From a virus (lineage: Duplodnaviria; Caudoviricetes), in IMG/VR virus record IMGVR_UViG_3300008459_012190, positions 1 through 53,516 of that record: a DNA stretch of 53,516 bases; one strand, written 5' to 3'. Below are positions 8,989 through 18,809 of the stretch, piece after piece. Both the position numbers and the translations under genes were made by a program. Under the pieces are notes generated by a model. The model had not been told where the DNA came from, ran no database searches, and was given only the letters and a program-made list of their open reading frames with translations. Numbering within the stretch: the first letter of the stretch is position 1; each line of letters starts with the position of its first letter.

Positions 8989-9378
8989 TTAGAATTTAAT
9001 CCTTTTTTTGAACCATAAAAATAAAATGACACCTATTAAAACTAGTAGTCTAATAGTGTAAAAAAATGAATATTTTTCAAAATGACTTGGTGGATAAATA
9101 TTTCCGAAAATTCCAATACCTATCAACTTGACTTGACCATCTTCGTTTAACTTAGTCAGTGAAAATATCGTGTAATTATCTACTTTGATGTTTCTTTCTG
9201 CTACGCAATAAGCTAACTCGTAAATATAGGGATTTGGTTTTTCAAATGATTTTATAGTTGACTCAATATAAAAATCTTTATGTTGTTTAATAGAGGGATT
9301 TGTAAATACAAGTGTCATATGTAAGATACAAATTAAAAATAAAAGTATTACTCTGGTATTGATTGTTGATGGGTTCAT
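8989..9378 (-). CDS. Membrane protein, DUF4359-like
   Basis: TM-TNPS..H, NYTIFSLT and GIGIFGN pattern; second TM at the C-terminus. Confidence 0.6.
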   Translation of the reverse strand: MNPSTINTRVILLFLICILHMTLVFTNPSIKQHKDFYIESTIKSFEKPNPYIYELAYCVAERNIKVDNYTIFSLTKLNEDGQVKLIGIGIFGNIYPPSHFEKYSFFYTIRLLVLIGVILFLWFKKRIKF

Positions 9379-9443
9379 AGATTATATATCTAACTATAAA
9401 TTAAACAAAAAATTTGTGTGATGCAAAATTAATATATAATATT

Positions 9444-10952
9444 ATGAAATTTTTCAAAGATTTTTTTCGATTTAAAAAAAATAAACAGATTCTTGAACAA
9501 CAAGCTCCACCAAAGGATGAAGTAATTGGTGGTAAAACAGAGTTTGAAAAAAGAGCTTCAAAAAAAGGTAAACAGAATTTAAAATTAGATTATACTGAGA
9601 AGGCAACTGATCCTATTTGGCAAGGTAAAAATTACGATGAAGTTTGGAAACCAGCAGTTGAAGGAGCTTTGGATAATCCTGAGACTTATGATAAGGTTTT
9701 AAATTATTTAAAGACTTATGCTGGTCAAGATGCTGTGACTGTTAAGAAGATTATTCAAAAAGAAGAACAACTAGAAAAGCAAGGTAAAGGTAGTTTAAAA
9801 GCAGCAATTCAGAAATTAGCAACAGATGGTAAAATTGGACCCTTCCATACTATTATGAGAAAGGCGGTAGAAAGAGCTACTGGAAAACCAATTGAGGTAT
9901 TACAAACTAAACAAGCAAAATTTGTTAAGCCAGAATTCGAAACGCCAAAACTTAATCTACAGACGGTTGATCCTGGTCCAAAGTCCGAAGTTCTAAATAA
10001 GAAAATGATAATCAACGTAATCGATAGGGAAACAAAAAAACCTATACTTACGGCTAAGTATTTAGTAAAAGATGAAGACGGTGAAGATTATTCCAAGGGA
10101 AATGTTGATGACAAAGCTGAGTTTTCATTTCAAATAATTGGTCCATCAAAATTTAATGTAAAGATATCGGCTGATGAATATGAGCCTTTTGATAAGGAAT
10201 TTTCTTTCGATAAAGATTCGTTCAGTACATTGACTGTTGAGGGTGATGTTGTAAGAAAAACCGTTTCATTGAAACCAATTAAGAAACCAACAACCGTTTC
10301 ATTGAAACCAATTAAGAGTGATAAGGAATTTTTTCAAAAACCACGTATGGGATTGAAGTCCACTACAGGTGCTGGTTCTAAAAATAAGTTAGGGGAGTTA
10401 GAAAAACAACAAATTGAATTGCCTAGGGAAATCACAGTCACTTCCGCTGCCGCTGCTGGTTCTGAAGGGTTGTTGGATTTGAAATATCCTTTGATGAAGG
10501 GTAAGTCAACATCACTTGGTTCCTTTTCATTATCTGGTCCTTTAAAAACTGATGGTCCAACTAGTATGTTAATTAAGATGAATGATGAATATGACATGGA
10601 TAGATGGGTTCATATTTTTAGCACTTATTATAATCCAAAATACAAAGTGCAGTATTATGGGTTTAAATTACCAAAAGGTCAGAATGAAAAAAATATAAAG
10701 ATTGGTGCTTTAAGACCAGGTCCTATGAAAATTAATATGGTTGTGACTGGTCAAGAAGTGGATATAACACCATATACAAAACAAATCAAGAAGGATGGTA
10801 GAACTCACACTGTAATGACAAACGCTCAGTGTGAGGAATTTGTAAAGTTCCTAAAAGATCAAGTAAAACCATTTGCAGACACTAAGTGGGGTGGACCAGC
10901 ATTCAGTTCTACATCACAGACTTTTGATGTGAAGAAAGCTGAAACTGCTTAA
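9444..10952 (+). CDS. Hypothetical protein with a central beta-sandwich (carboxypeptidase-regulatory/PEGA-like) segment
   Basis: Start MKFFKDFF after AATATATA 9431-9438; VIDRETKKPI..A..VKISADEYEP pattern. Confidence 0.65.
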   Translation: MKFFKDFFRFKKNKQILEQQAPPKDEVIGGKTEFEKRASKKGKQNLKLDYTEKATDPIWQGKNYDEVWKPAVEGALDNPETYDKVLNYLKTYAGQDAVTVKKIIQKEEQLEKQGKGSLKAAIQKLATDGKIGPFHTIMRKAVERATGKPIEVLQTKQAKFVKPEFETPKLNLQTVDPGPKSEVLNKKMIINVIDRETKKPILTAKYLVKDEDGEDYSKGNVDDKAEFSFQIIGPSKFNVKISADEYEPFDKEFSFDKDSFSTLTVEGDVVRKTVSLKPIKKPTTVSLKPIKSDKEFFQKPRMGLKSTTGAGSKNKLGELEKQQIELPREITVTSAAAAGSEGLLDLKYPLMKGKSTSLGSFSLSGPLKTDGPTSMLIKMNDEYDMDRWVHIFSTYYNPKYKVQYYGFKLPKGQNEKNIKIGALRPGPMKINMVVTGQEVDITPYTKQIKKDGRTHTVMTNAQCEEFVKFLKDQVKPFADTKWGGPAFSSTSQTFDVKKAETA

Positions 10953-11311
10953 GCTAAAGTAAGGTAGAAAGACATTTGGAAAGGTTTTTCCTTTTCACTT
11001 TTTATTTCTTTAGGTGGTTTTCCGGTGGAGTCAACACTGTCTTTAACAGCTAAGATAATTTTCTCAGCTCTTGTCTTGGACAAGTCAACTTTTTTAGGCA
11101 CACCTCTTAATTTACCATCTATTTTGAAATCACCAGTTGTTTGTTTGATAATATTATCCAATGATACGTCCAAATCAAAAAGACCAGTATCAACACTTAT
11201 TTGATAAAGGTAAGTTTTACCGTCATAAGTTACGGCTAATTTATTATCCTTCTGACTAAATTGAACATCGTCGTTGGATTCGAATAGTTGAAACTTTGTA
11301 ATATAATTCAT
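10949..11311 (-). CDS. Hypothetical protein with MNYITKFQLFES N-terminus
   Basis: 120 aa; AATATATA at 11317-11324. Confidence 0.7.
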   Translation of the reverse strand: MNYITKFQLFESNDDVQFSQKDNKLAVTYDGKTYLYQISVDTGLFDLDVSLDNIIKQTTGDFKIDGKLRGVPKKVDLSKTRAEKIILAVKDSVDSTGKPPKEIKSEKEKPFQMSFYLTLA

Positions 11312-11322
11312 ATGATTATATA

Positions 11323-11733
11323 TTACTTTTTATCTATGATATTATAGCAGAGATTTAGATTACTGTAGTAAACTACCATATTGATTGTTTCACCTCGATT
11401 AACCATAATGATATGGCATTTAGCTTTATCATTGTCGATACAGTTGAATGATAGGACTTCTTCACCATTTTCGGTTGTAGACTCTATTGGTCCTTGTAGA
11501 ACTTTATACGAGAGTGTATCTGAGTCAAAGATTGTAATTGTGGTTTTTTTGAATAGAAGTTTAGGATTTTTGATTTGGATAGTCACATCCGTAGAATCCC
11601 AATCTGTGAATGGAGACCATTCATCATTTACTTTTTCTCTGAATGAAAATTTATTAGCCTTCAAATCCAAGGATTTCGAGGTTGAACAACTTGTGAAGGA
11701 GATTAGAGTGATGATAAAAAGTAAATATTTCAT
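11323..11733 (-). CDS. Lipoprotein
   Basis: Signal peptide II MKYLLFIITLISFTS-C; TATATTTG -7 box at 11745-11738. Confidence 0.75.
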   Translation of the reverse strand: MKYLLFIITLISFTSCSTSKSLDLKANKFSFREKVNDEWSPFTDWDSTDVTIQIKNPKLLFKKTTITIFDSDTLSYKVLQGPIESTTENGEEVLSFNCIDNDKAKCHIIMVNRGETINMVVYYSNLNLCYNIIDKK

Positions 11734-11763
11734 AATACAAATATAATGAAATAAAACTGATTA

Positions 11764-13188
11764 TCAAACATATGGATTGATTTTTTCATAATTAAAAATA
11801 TAAACAAATGGTGGTAGATTGTTATGGGGTGATGTAACTGTATTGGAAGTATCTACATCATGTCTATGATTTTCCAAACGATCATTTGGATCTAATTCTA
11901 TCGGTGTTATAGATAATGATCCTGCGTTTTCCACCTGTTTTATTGAATTATTACCATTGCTGTCTTCTCCACCAGCACCAAAATAATAATTATTACTATC
12001 AAATTGTAGGTGTCCATTTTGACTATGGTCCCATTTATTATCCGAACCACGTATAGCTTTGTAATTAATGCCATCTATCTTTATATCTCCCTGATTATAA
12101 TTAATATCCTTATTATACCTCCATATATTTGATGAAAATGTATTGAAAGTATTCTCGGGTGCTCCTGCTGGTACAGGTATAACTTCACTAATGCTGTCAG
12201 CTTTGGTTGCATATCCATATGGTATAGCTGGGTTGAATTTTTTCCCTCTTGCAAATCTAGGGGACGTGAGGTATTGAGCGGGTGGATATGATTGAATTAT
12301 TAGTTCACCTATTTGAATTTCATGGCTATGTCTCATTTTATTGTCTGCTTTGGATGTAACACCGCCGTGATTGTGTGGGGGTAAGTTTTCACCTTTTAAT
12401 TTGACAGTTTCTTGTCCACCACGATAACCTACACGACCATAATTGGTTGATATTGGTATAAGTTGTTCTTGAATATTATTCAAATCATCACCATTTGGCT
12501 TGTTTGTATAATCCATTGTTGGATCAACCGAAAAAGTAGCATATCCAATTAAGAACTTATCTCTAAGATCAAAAGTACCATCTTGACCATCACAAATTCT
12601 AAATCCGAACATCTCTCCAAATCCTTTACCAAGTGTGTCAAAATAATTTGTTGAAACAGTCTGTTGGATCTGATGAAAGTCCGTCATATAATATCTGAGT
12701 ATTCTATCTAAATACCTTGAACAATAGTTTTTATCATTTTTAATTTCAACTTCAATATACGAAACACCTGCTGGGGGTTGTTCTGTTGTTATATCAAAAT
12801 AACTTTTGATCAATACAGCTTCATTTTTAAATCCACTTACCTTCTTTTCTCTGTACTCATATTCATCATATTTGACAATCCAAAATTTGGTTGAGTCTAT
12901 TTGATAATCACTCTGCTGACTGAGAGTTTGTTTGGGTTCTAAAAAATCACCATCGATATAAACCATAGAATTTGTTAGATCGAAATTGATTGTATTTTGT
13001 TGACCAACTTGAGTTACATTCTTTATGCCTTTGATTATTATACCATTATTGCCTACAAATTTAGCGTCATTTATTGTTTCTAAAAAGGATTTATAAGATT
13101 GAAGATTACTACCTTGGAGTACATTGAAAAAATCTTGATTTATGTAAGGAACACCACCGTCTATAGCTGGTCTTATTAATCTTTCCAT
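11764..13188 (-). CDS. Tail fibre/collar-type protein, paralog 3
   Basis: ICDGQDGTFDLRDKFLIG collar motif, GG.ETVKL..ENLPPHNH, HSH, HRH, C-terminal HNNLPPF. Confidence 0.8.
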   Translation of the reverse strand: MERLIRPAIDGGVPYINQDFFNVLQGSNLQSYKSFLETINDAKFVGNNGIIIKGIKNVTQVGQQNTINFDLTNSMVYIDGDFLEPKQTLSQQSDYQIDSTKFWIVKYDEYEYREKKVSGFKNEAVLIKSYFDITTEQPPAGVSYIEVEIKNDKNYCSRYLDRILRYYMTDFHQIQQTVSTNYFDTLGKGFGEMFGFRICDGQDGTFDLRDKFLIGYATFSVDPTMDYTNKPNGDDLNNIQEQLIPISTNYGRVGYRGGQETVKLKGENLPPHNHGGVTSKADNKMRHSHEIQIGELIIQSYPPAQYLTSPRFARGKKFNPAIPYGYATKADSISEVIPVPAGAPENTFNTFSSNIWRYNKDINYNQGDIKIDGINYKAIRGSDNKWDHSQNGHLQFDSNNYYFGAGGEDSNGNNSIKQVENAGSLSITPIELDPNDRLENHRHDVDTSNTVTSPHNNLPPFVYIFNYEKINPYV

Positions 13189-14444
13189 TATGAATTTAAT
13201 TTTTTTGTGTAATATACTACGACACTATATGGGGGTCTATTTTCATGTGCTTGTCCAGGATCATTTACATTACCATTACCCAAATCGTTTGGTAAGGTAT
13301 GTTTGTGAGTTTGTAGTTCGGAGTTTTGTAGGTCATGTACACCACCAGTGAAGGCAGGCCAAGGATTGTACCAACCATAAACGCGCGGGCTAGAACCAAA
13401 ATCCCATTGATAACTTGGAGGCCTACCCGGATGAAATACCGAACCAGTTTCTACACTTGGGAAAAAAAATTCCCAATTTTTATTAATGTAATCAGTATTT
13501 TCTCCGACGAATGGATAATTGTTGGAGTTTGGGTCTATTAAATTCGGATTACCTGTTTCCGAAAGTGGGGCGGAGGGATCATTTAAAGCTTCGTCTTGTC
13601 CACTCTTAAAAAATGTTCTTTGGTTCATCCAATGGAAATGTCGGAATAATTGTTCTGTGTTATACTGAGCTACCGATGGAAACACAGTGTTACCTATATA
13701 GTGTTGATGTGGTGGTGACTCATTTGGTGTAATTTGATGTGAATTCGATCCACCACCAACATCACCTGGTTTGAAACCTTGAAAACTCAAACCTGAATTC
13801 CAACCTCTTGTAAATTTTCCACTCAAGTCAGGCATTCCAGTTATTCCTGAACTGTCATCTAGGACTACAAAGCCCTCCATATCATTGAATCCAACACCAT
13901 TACTATCAAATCCATTCAGAGTTCTTTTCATATAAACATCACCACTTCTAGATGTGAAATATTTCAATATTCTTTTATAGTACCTCGAAGTTCCTTGGCT
14001 TGAAAATTTGATGTGGGGTACAGTTGGTGGAGTTTGGGTCCAATTGAAATATCTAGTATTGGAGGCTGTCGATGTTGTTCCATCTAGAATGGGTAAAGTT
14101 CTGAGTTCTGATGAAGTTGGACCTGGTATAAGATAAAAAGTTGTGTGTGATATCGCAACATTACCTGTGTAACTTGGATTATTTTGGTAAAATTCACCAT
14201 CAATGTAAACTACTGAATTTGTAAATCCCATGTTAAATGAAGAACCACCAGATGATAGTATATCACAACCTTTCAAGACGATACCACTATTTAGTGGGTC
14301 AGTTGAGGATGTGCTACCTTGATTTATACCGTCCAAGATAGATCCATAAGATTTGATGTGTTCATCTTGTAACACTGATGTGAAATCTGTGTTGACATAC
14401 GGAATTCCACTTGATACATCTGGTAGAGAAATAAATCTAATCAT
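13188..14444 (-). CDS. Tail fibre/collar-type protein, paralog 2
   Basis: PDLSGKFTRG, PPHQH, HFH, HKH, HENRPPY. Confidence 0.8.
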   Translation of the reverse strand: MIRFISLPDVSSGIPYVNTDFTSVLQDEHIKSYGSILDGINQGSTSSTDPLNSGIVLKGCDILSSGGSSFNMGFTNSVVYIDGEFYQNNPSYTGNVAISHTTFYLIPGPTSSELRTLPILDGTTSTASNTRYFNWTQTPPTVPHIKFSSQGTSRYYKRILKYFTSRSGDVYMKRTLNGFDSNGVGFNDMEGFVVLDDSSGITGMPDLSGKFTRGWNSGLSFQGFKPGDVGGGSNSHQITPNESPPHQHYIGNTVFPSVAQYNTEQLFRHFHWMNQRTFFKSGQDEALNDPSAPLSETGNPNLIDPNSNNYPFVGENTDYINKNWEFFFPSVETGSVFHPGRPPSYQWDFGSSPRVYGWYNPWPAFTGGVHDLQNSELQTHKHTLPNDLGNGNVNDPGQAHENRPPYSVVVYYTKKLNS

Positions 14445-14450
14445 GTCGTT

Positions 14451-15974
14451 TTATAATTTATAGTAGTAAAGTGTAACAATGTACGGTGGTCTATTTTCAT
14501 GTTTTAAATTGAATCCCGCATTATCTATGGTGTGTTTATGTTCACTGATTTCGTACTGTGTTTTGCGGATTATATCAAAGTCCGTACCCATATTTCCTGA
14601 TAAATACCACTCGAGTACACTAAATGGCACTTCCCTTGTTAAAAACACATTCTCATCTTCATAAGAACCTTGTGATGGCATATTACCCAAAGCCAATCCC
14701 AAAAAAGTCATTGGTCTATAATCGTTAGCATCATCTGTATTTGGCCAGATTCTTAAAGTTTGGTATCCACCACCCCAAGCGAAAAGATTAGCTCTAAAAA
14801 TGTGAGCATGGTCCATTTGGGTAAGGGGTTGAGTGGTTCCATGTCCGTGAGTTGGTAATTGTGCAGACGTTAAAGATAAAGATTGTGTACCACCGTAGTT
14901 AGATGGGGTTCCGTAGTTTAAAACCGTCAAACCAGCTGAAATCGGTGTTGGACTACCAGTTCTATCAAACCCAACCGGAAACTTCCCTGACATCGAACTC
15001 AAAACTCCAAATCCCTTCAACTCATTAATGCCTTTGTCGAATTTATAAAAATATGTTGTATTTTGTGAAGCATAAGTTTCAAGTCTTTGAAAATCTCTGT
15101 AAAAAAAACCCTCTTGAAACGAGTCACCACTACCCACTGGGAATGGACTTGTTACTTGCCATTTTTTCAGATCATTTGCCAAAAAAATATCATCTTTTTG
15201 GGCAGCATTTAATTTGATTAGTCTTTTAAGATTTCTAGATGTTCCACCCCCACCAAAAAAAACATAGGGCTGACCCCACTTGAGATCGGCAATTATATTT
15301 GTACCGAATGGATCAGTCTCATCGGGTGGTGTAAAATCATCTAGTGAATTTTCAATAAAATCTCCATCAATAAATTTACGGAATCCATTGTAATAATCTA
15401 TCGATACAACATTAAATCTGTAATCTATCACAACCGATTGTGTACCCATACTACCGGATCCTGTAGGTCCAAGTTGGTTTTTTAAATAAGACCTTTTTTG
15501 GAAAATGTTGTTATTTTCATCCACAATACTTTGTGTCACTGGAATAAAAAAGACACCCCAAGTATTTTTTACCTTATACTCAAAAGTTCTGACAGTCTCA
15601 TCTGTATTTATTAAATCATCTACTGGTGTGTGATATTCTCCATCAAAATAAATTATTGCATCTCTATCAATTTTAAAAGTCCAATCAAATTGATATAGTT
15701 GGAATTGAATACTTTTTTGCTGATCGGTTCCTGTGGTTGAAGGTATCGCATCAACCTCTATACCATTGAGTATAATACCTCTATTTGTGGAGTATGTAGA
15801 ACTGTATAAGGTTCCTGATCCAGGCCTATATAATGGTGGAGTGGGGAACTTTTTATCGTTTATCCCATCCAAATAAGCTGAGTAAGCGATCCTATGTTGT
15901 TCTTGTAGAATATCATTGAAATCACTATTTACAAACGGTGTGGTACTCTCTATATTCCTATCTAAACGTTTCAT
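14451..15974 (-). CDS. Tail fibre/collar-type protein, paralog 1
   Basis: MSGKFPVG, GGTQSLSLTSAQLPTHGH, HAH, HKH, HENRPPY. Confidence 0.8.
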   Translation of the reverse strand: MKRLDRNIESTTPFVNSDFNDILQEQHRIAYSAYLDGINDKKFPTPPLYRPGSGTLYSSTYSTNRGIILNGIEVDAIPSTTGTDQQKSIQFQLYQFDWTFKIDRDAIIYFDGEYHTPVDDLINTDETVRTFEYKVKNTWGVFFIPVTQSIVDENNNIFQKRSYLKNQLGPTGSGSMGTQSVVIDYRFNVVSIDYYNGFRKFIDGDFIENSLDDFTPPDETDPFGTNIIADLKWGQPYVFFGGGGTSRNLKRLIKLNAAQKDDIFLANDLKKWQVTSPFPVGSGDSFQEGFFYRDFQRLETYASQNTTYFYKFDKGINELKGFGVLSSMSGKFPVGFDRTGSPTPISAGLTVLNYGTPSNYGGTQSLSLTSAQLPTHGHGTTQPLTQMDHAHIFRANLFAWGGGYQTLRIWPNTDDANDYRPMTFLGLALGNMPSQGSYEDENVFLTREVPFSVLEWYLSGNMGTDFDIIRKTQYEISEHKHTIDNAGFNLKHENRPPYIVTLYYYKL

Positions 15975-16061
15975 ATTAATTAAACTATATATACGTTTTT
16001 TTGATTTCTCGATAGGAAGAACTTAAATTGAATAAATACAGTTATATTCATTGATTAGAGG

Positions 16062-16454
16062 ATGCAGTTTTTTTGCGTATATGTAAAAACAAGAAAAAAA
16101 CTTGATAAGTATATCAAAGTTAATAAGATCAAAAACAAATACATTGTTGATATACGGAAAATTGTTGAAGAAGAAGAAATTACATTTGATGAACAACGAA
16201 CCTGGTTAAAAATTCTGATATTTCAAAAGATACAACAAGCAATTGAAAAGGATAAAGATGTTTACTATGTGCCAGATTTTGAAAGTGATTTTTCAATAGA
16301 AAAACTCTTGAATATCAAAAAAATACTCGGACACGATAATAATTTTAATATCTTGGTTTTTTATAATGATTTCAGAAAAGACCATCAATTAATAGATGAT
16401 GTTTTTGGGAACTTGACCAAATTTAATGCCTCACAAATAATAAGAGATTACTGA
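16062..16454 (+). CDS. Hypothetical protein
   Basis: 130-aa alpha/beta-looking ORF at the head of the plus-strand baseplate cluster. Confidence 0.65.
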   Translation: MQFFCVYVKTRKKLDKYIKVNKIKNKYIVDIRKIVEEEEITFDEQRTWLKILIFQKIQQAIEKDKDVYYVPDFESDFSIEKLLNIKKILGHDNNFNILVFYNDFRKDHQLIDDVFGNLTKFNASQIIRDY

Positions 16455-16487
16455 TTAGTAAATATATAATCTAAATTATTTTTGAAT

Positions 16488-18320
16488 ATGGGTAATACCA
16501 ATAAATTTTTTGGTGGTGTCAATAATGGATTGGGATTAGATATATGGTGGCAAAAAACCCCATTTGATAGTGATCCAAATAAATTCACTTTTTTTTCTAC
16601 CAAAGTTGGTACTCATGAAAAAGATAATAAACTTCCAATTTACACTTCTTTATTTAGATATAGAGATCCCAAAAAAAGAAATTATGACCCCTTAACTAAC
16701 GATTATAAATATGACGATGAGGGTATTTCATCAAAATTTGTAAGTTCAAGTCAAACAGAAAATTATGATAGTAAAGCTAACGACATAACTATACCATCGA
16801 TCATACAATATCTCCAAGATTGGAAATCCACTTTTGTTGATTATGCAGATTTTGCCTACCTGAAGGATTTGGGTGTTTATCCATCCAACCGTTTGATGAT
16901 CGCAAGAAGATTTGCTTCCCCAACTCCGAATAATATCTACAGTATTGATGATTCTCCAGTAGCAACGATGGTTAGTTGGATGACAGAAGAGGAAAATTTT
17001 TCATTTAGTTTTGGTGAAAAATGGGAGGAAAGTAGGGAAACCACATTTACAGATGTTTTGAATGCTCTTGGTGATGACCTTCCAATTGGTAAAAAGGGGG
17101 GTGACGAAACTACAGAAACAAAAGATGATAAAAGTTTGGGTACTTCAGCATTGAAAGGTTTAAAGCAGGTTGCTTTGGGTGGTTGGACAGAAGGTTTACA
17201 GATTGAAGTAATGAAAAAACTTGGGTTAGTAGATTACGAAGCTAATAACCCACCATCAGGTAATCCTAATTTGATTAGAGAATCCATGAGAAGGGAAACT
17301 GTTCCTAAGGCCTCCCCTGGTTCTGGATTGTCAGGTAAATTTACTATCAAGTTTGTAGTTGAATATGAACAAAAGTATATCAATGGAGTTGATCCAACAT
17401 TAGTTTACATGGACATAGTTCAAAAAGCTCTTATGTTTGGAACTTCTAAATCAACCTTTTATTTTAATCAAAGTGCTAACACCGAATTGAATCAATTTGT
17501 TAATGGTTTGATAAATGGGGATATTAATGGGATGATAAATTCTTTGCTTCAATTTGTTGGTGCTTTATCTCAAGCTCTAGGGGTGATAACTGTAGGTGTG
17601 ACAAAATTCCTTGTGGATGTTGGTAAGGCACTAGCCCCTGTTGTCGGTCAAGAGTATGATTCCACCACAGGATCTTTTAAAGATAGAGACCCCAGTACCT
17701 CATTAGTAGCATATGAGCAAAAAACTTTAGGTGGTGCAGCAAAAACAATTTTGGGTTCGGTTGTATCAAAATATAGGATAAGATTTTTTGGTATATTACA
17801 AGCCATGACAGGAGCTCCCTCCGCTTATTGGCATGTGACAATTGGTAATCCAAAAAAACCATTTTTCTCCTGTGGTGATTTGTATACCACATCAGTTACA
17901 ATGGAATTTGGAAAAGTACTTTCTTATAATGATTTACCATCTACAATAAAAATTTCTTTTAGTTTAGAATCTGCTAGAAATTTAGGTGGTCAGGAAATCA
18001 TGGACGCTTTGAACACCGGCCAAGGTCGGACTTATATTCAACGTAAGAGAAGTTATGTTGAAGTTCCAATAACCAAAAAAGATGAAAAGAATTTTAATCC
18101 AGAAAGTATTTCATCCAAAGACTATACAACACGTGAAGGAGAATTCAAAAATAATTTGGAAAAAAATCTCAAATTTGCAAATCCAGGACCTGATGGAAAT
18201 CCAAAAACTGCGCCGGCAGTAGCACCCGAGGGACCTACTCTAAAAGAGGAACTAGGAAAATTTATCAAAGAATGGAAAGAGACAGGATTTTTTGATACTA
18301 AACCAACACAAACACAATAA
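16488..18320 (+). CDS. Probable baseplate/tail structural protein
   Basis: About 610 aa; AATATATA upstream; lies directly before gp53-like and hub-like genes; function inferred from position. Confidence 0.5.
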   Translation: MGNTNKFFGGVNNGLGLDIWWQKTPFDSDPNKFTFFSTKVGTHEKDNKLPIYTSLFRYRDPKKRNYDPLTNDYKYDDEGISSKFVSSSQTENYDSKANDITIPSIIQYLQDWKSTFVDYADFAYLKDLGVYPSNRLMIARRFASPTPNNIYSIDDSPVATMVSWMTEEENFSFSFGEKWEESRETTFTDVLNALGDDLPIGKKGGDETTETKDDKSLGTSALKGLKQVALGGWTEGLQIEVMKKLGLVDYEANNPPSGNPNLIRESMRRETVPKASPGSGLSGKFTIKFVVEYEQKYINGVDPTLVYMDIVQKALMFGTSKSTFYFNQSANTELNQFVNGLINGDINGMINSLLQFVGALSQALGVITVGVTKFLVDVGKALAPVVGQEYDSTTGSFKDRDPSTSLVAYEQKTLGGAAKTILGSVVSKYRIRFFGILQAMTGAPSAYWHVTIGNPKKPFFSCGDLYTTSVTMEFGKVLSYNDLPSTIKISFSLESARNLGGQEIMDALNTGQGRTYIQRKRSYVEVPITKKDEKNFNPESISSKDYTTREGEFKNNLEKNLKFANPGPDGNPKTAPAVAPEGPTLKEELGKFIKEWKETGFFDTKPTQTQ

Positions 18321-18327
18321 TTTATTT

Positions 18328-18801
18328 ATGAAATTCGAAGATATAGACAAATTAAAAAGAGATGGTAAGCAAGATAAATTGTATAATTTATTCGAGATTA
18401 CATTTAGATTTCAAGACTCTATCAATTCTCCTCTACAAGCTTATATTTTATCAGAGGAGCAATACATGAGACTGGACTTAGTAAGTCAAGACCTTTATTC
18501 GAATGATTCATATGTAGATACACTTTGTAATGTTAATTCTATTGATAACCCCTTAAACTTCATGAAAGATGATGTTATTTTATATCCAAATCGAGGACTT
18601 ATAGAATCGTATAAAACAGATGATGTTTATGTTGAGGTCACTCCAGGTCTATCCTTAAACGCTGAGAAAACAACTCAAGTCGATGAGAATAGAAAGGCGT
18701 ATGTTGAACAAAATTATAATCTTACACCGACAGCAAAAGATGTTCCAAAAGACCCTATCAAAATTATTGGTCAATCAATTGTTATTGGTGAAAATACATA
18801 A
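18328..18801 (+). CDS. Baseplate wedge protein, T4 gp53-like (LysM-like)
   Basis: MRLDLVSQDLY...DTLCNVNSIDNPL motif typical of gp53-type proteins. Confidence 0.7.
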   Translation: MKFEDIDKLKRDGKQDKLYNLFEITFRFQDSINSPLQAYILSEEQYMRLDLVSQDLYSNDSYVDTLCNVNSIDNPLNFMKDDVILYPNRGLIESYKTDDVYVEVTPGLSLNAEKTTQVDENRKAYVEQNYNLTPTAKDVPKDPIKIIGQSIVIGENT

Positions 18802-18809
18802 AATATTTT

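Noticed and set aside
10260-10316. 24-nt direct repeat ACCGTTTCATTGAAACCAATTAAG
   Set aside because: In-frame local duplication (TVSLKPIK twice) in a linker; no sign of an att site or mobile element.
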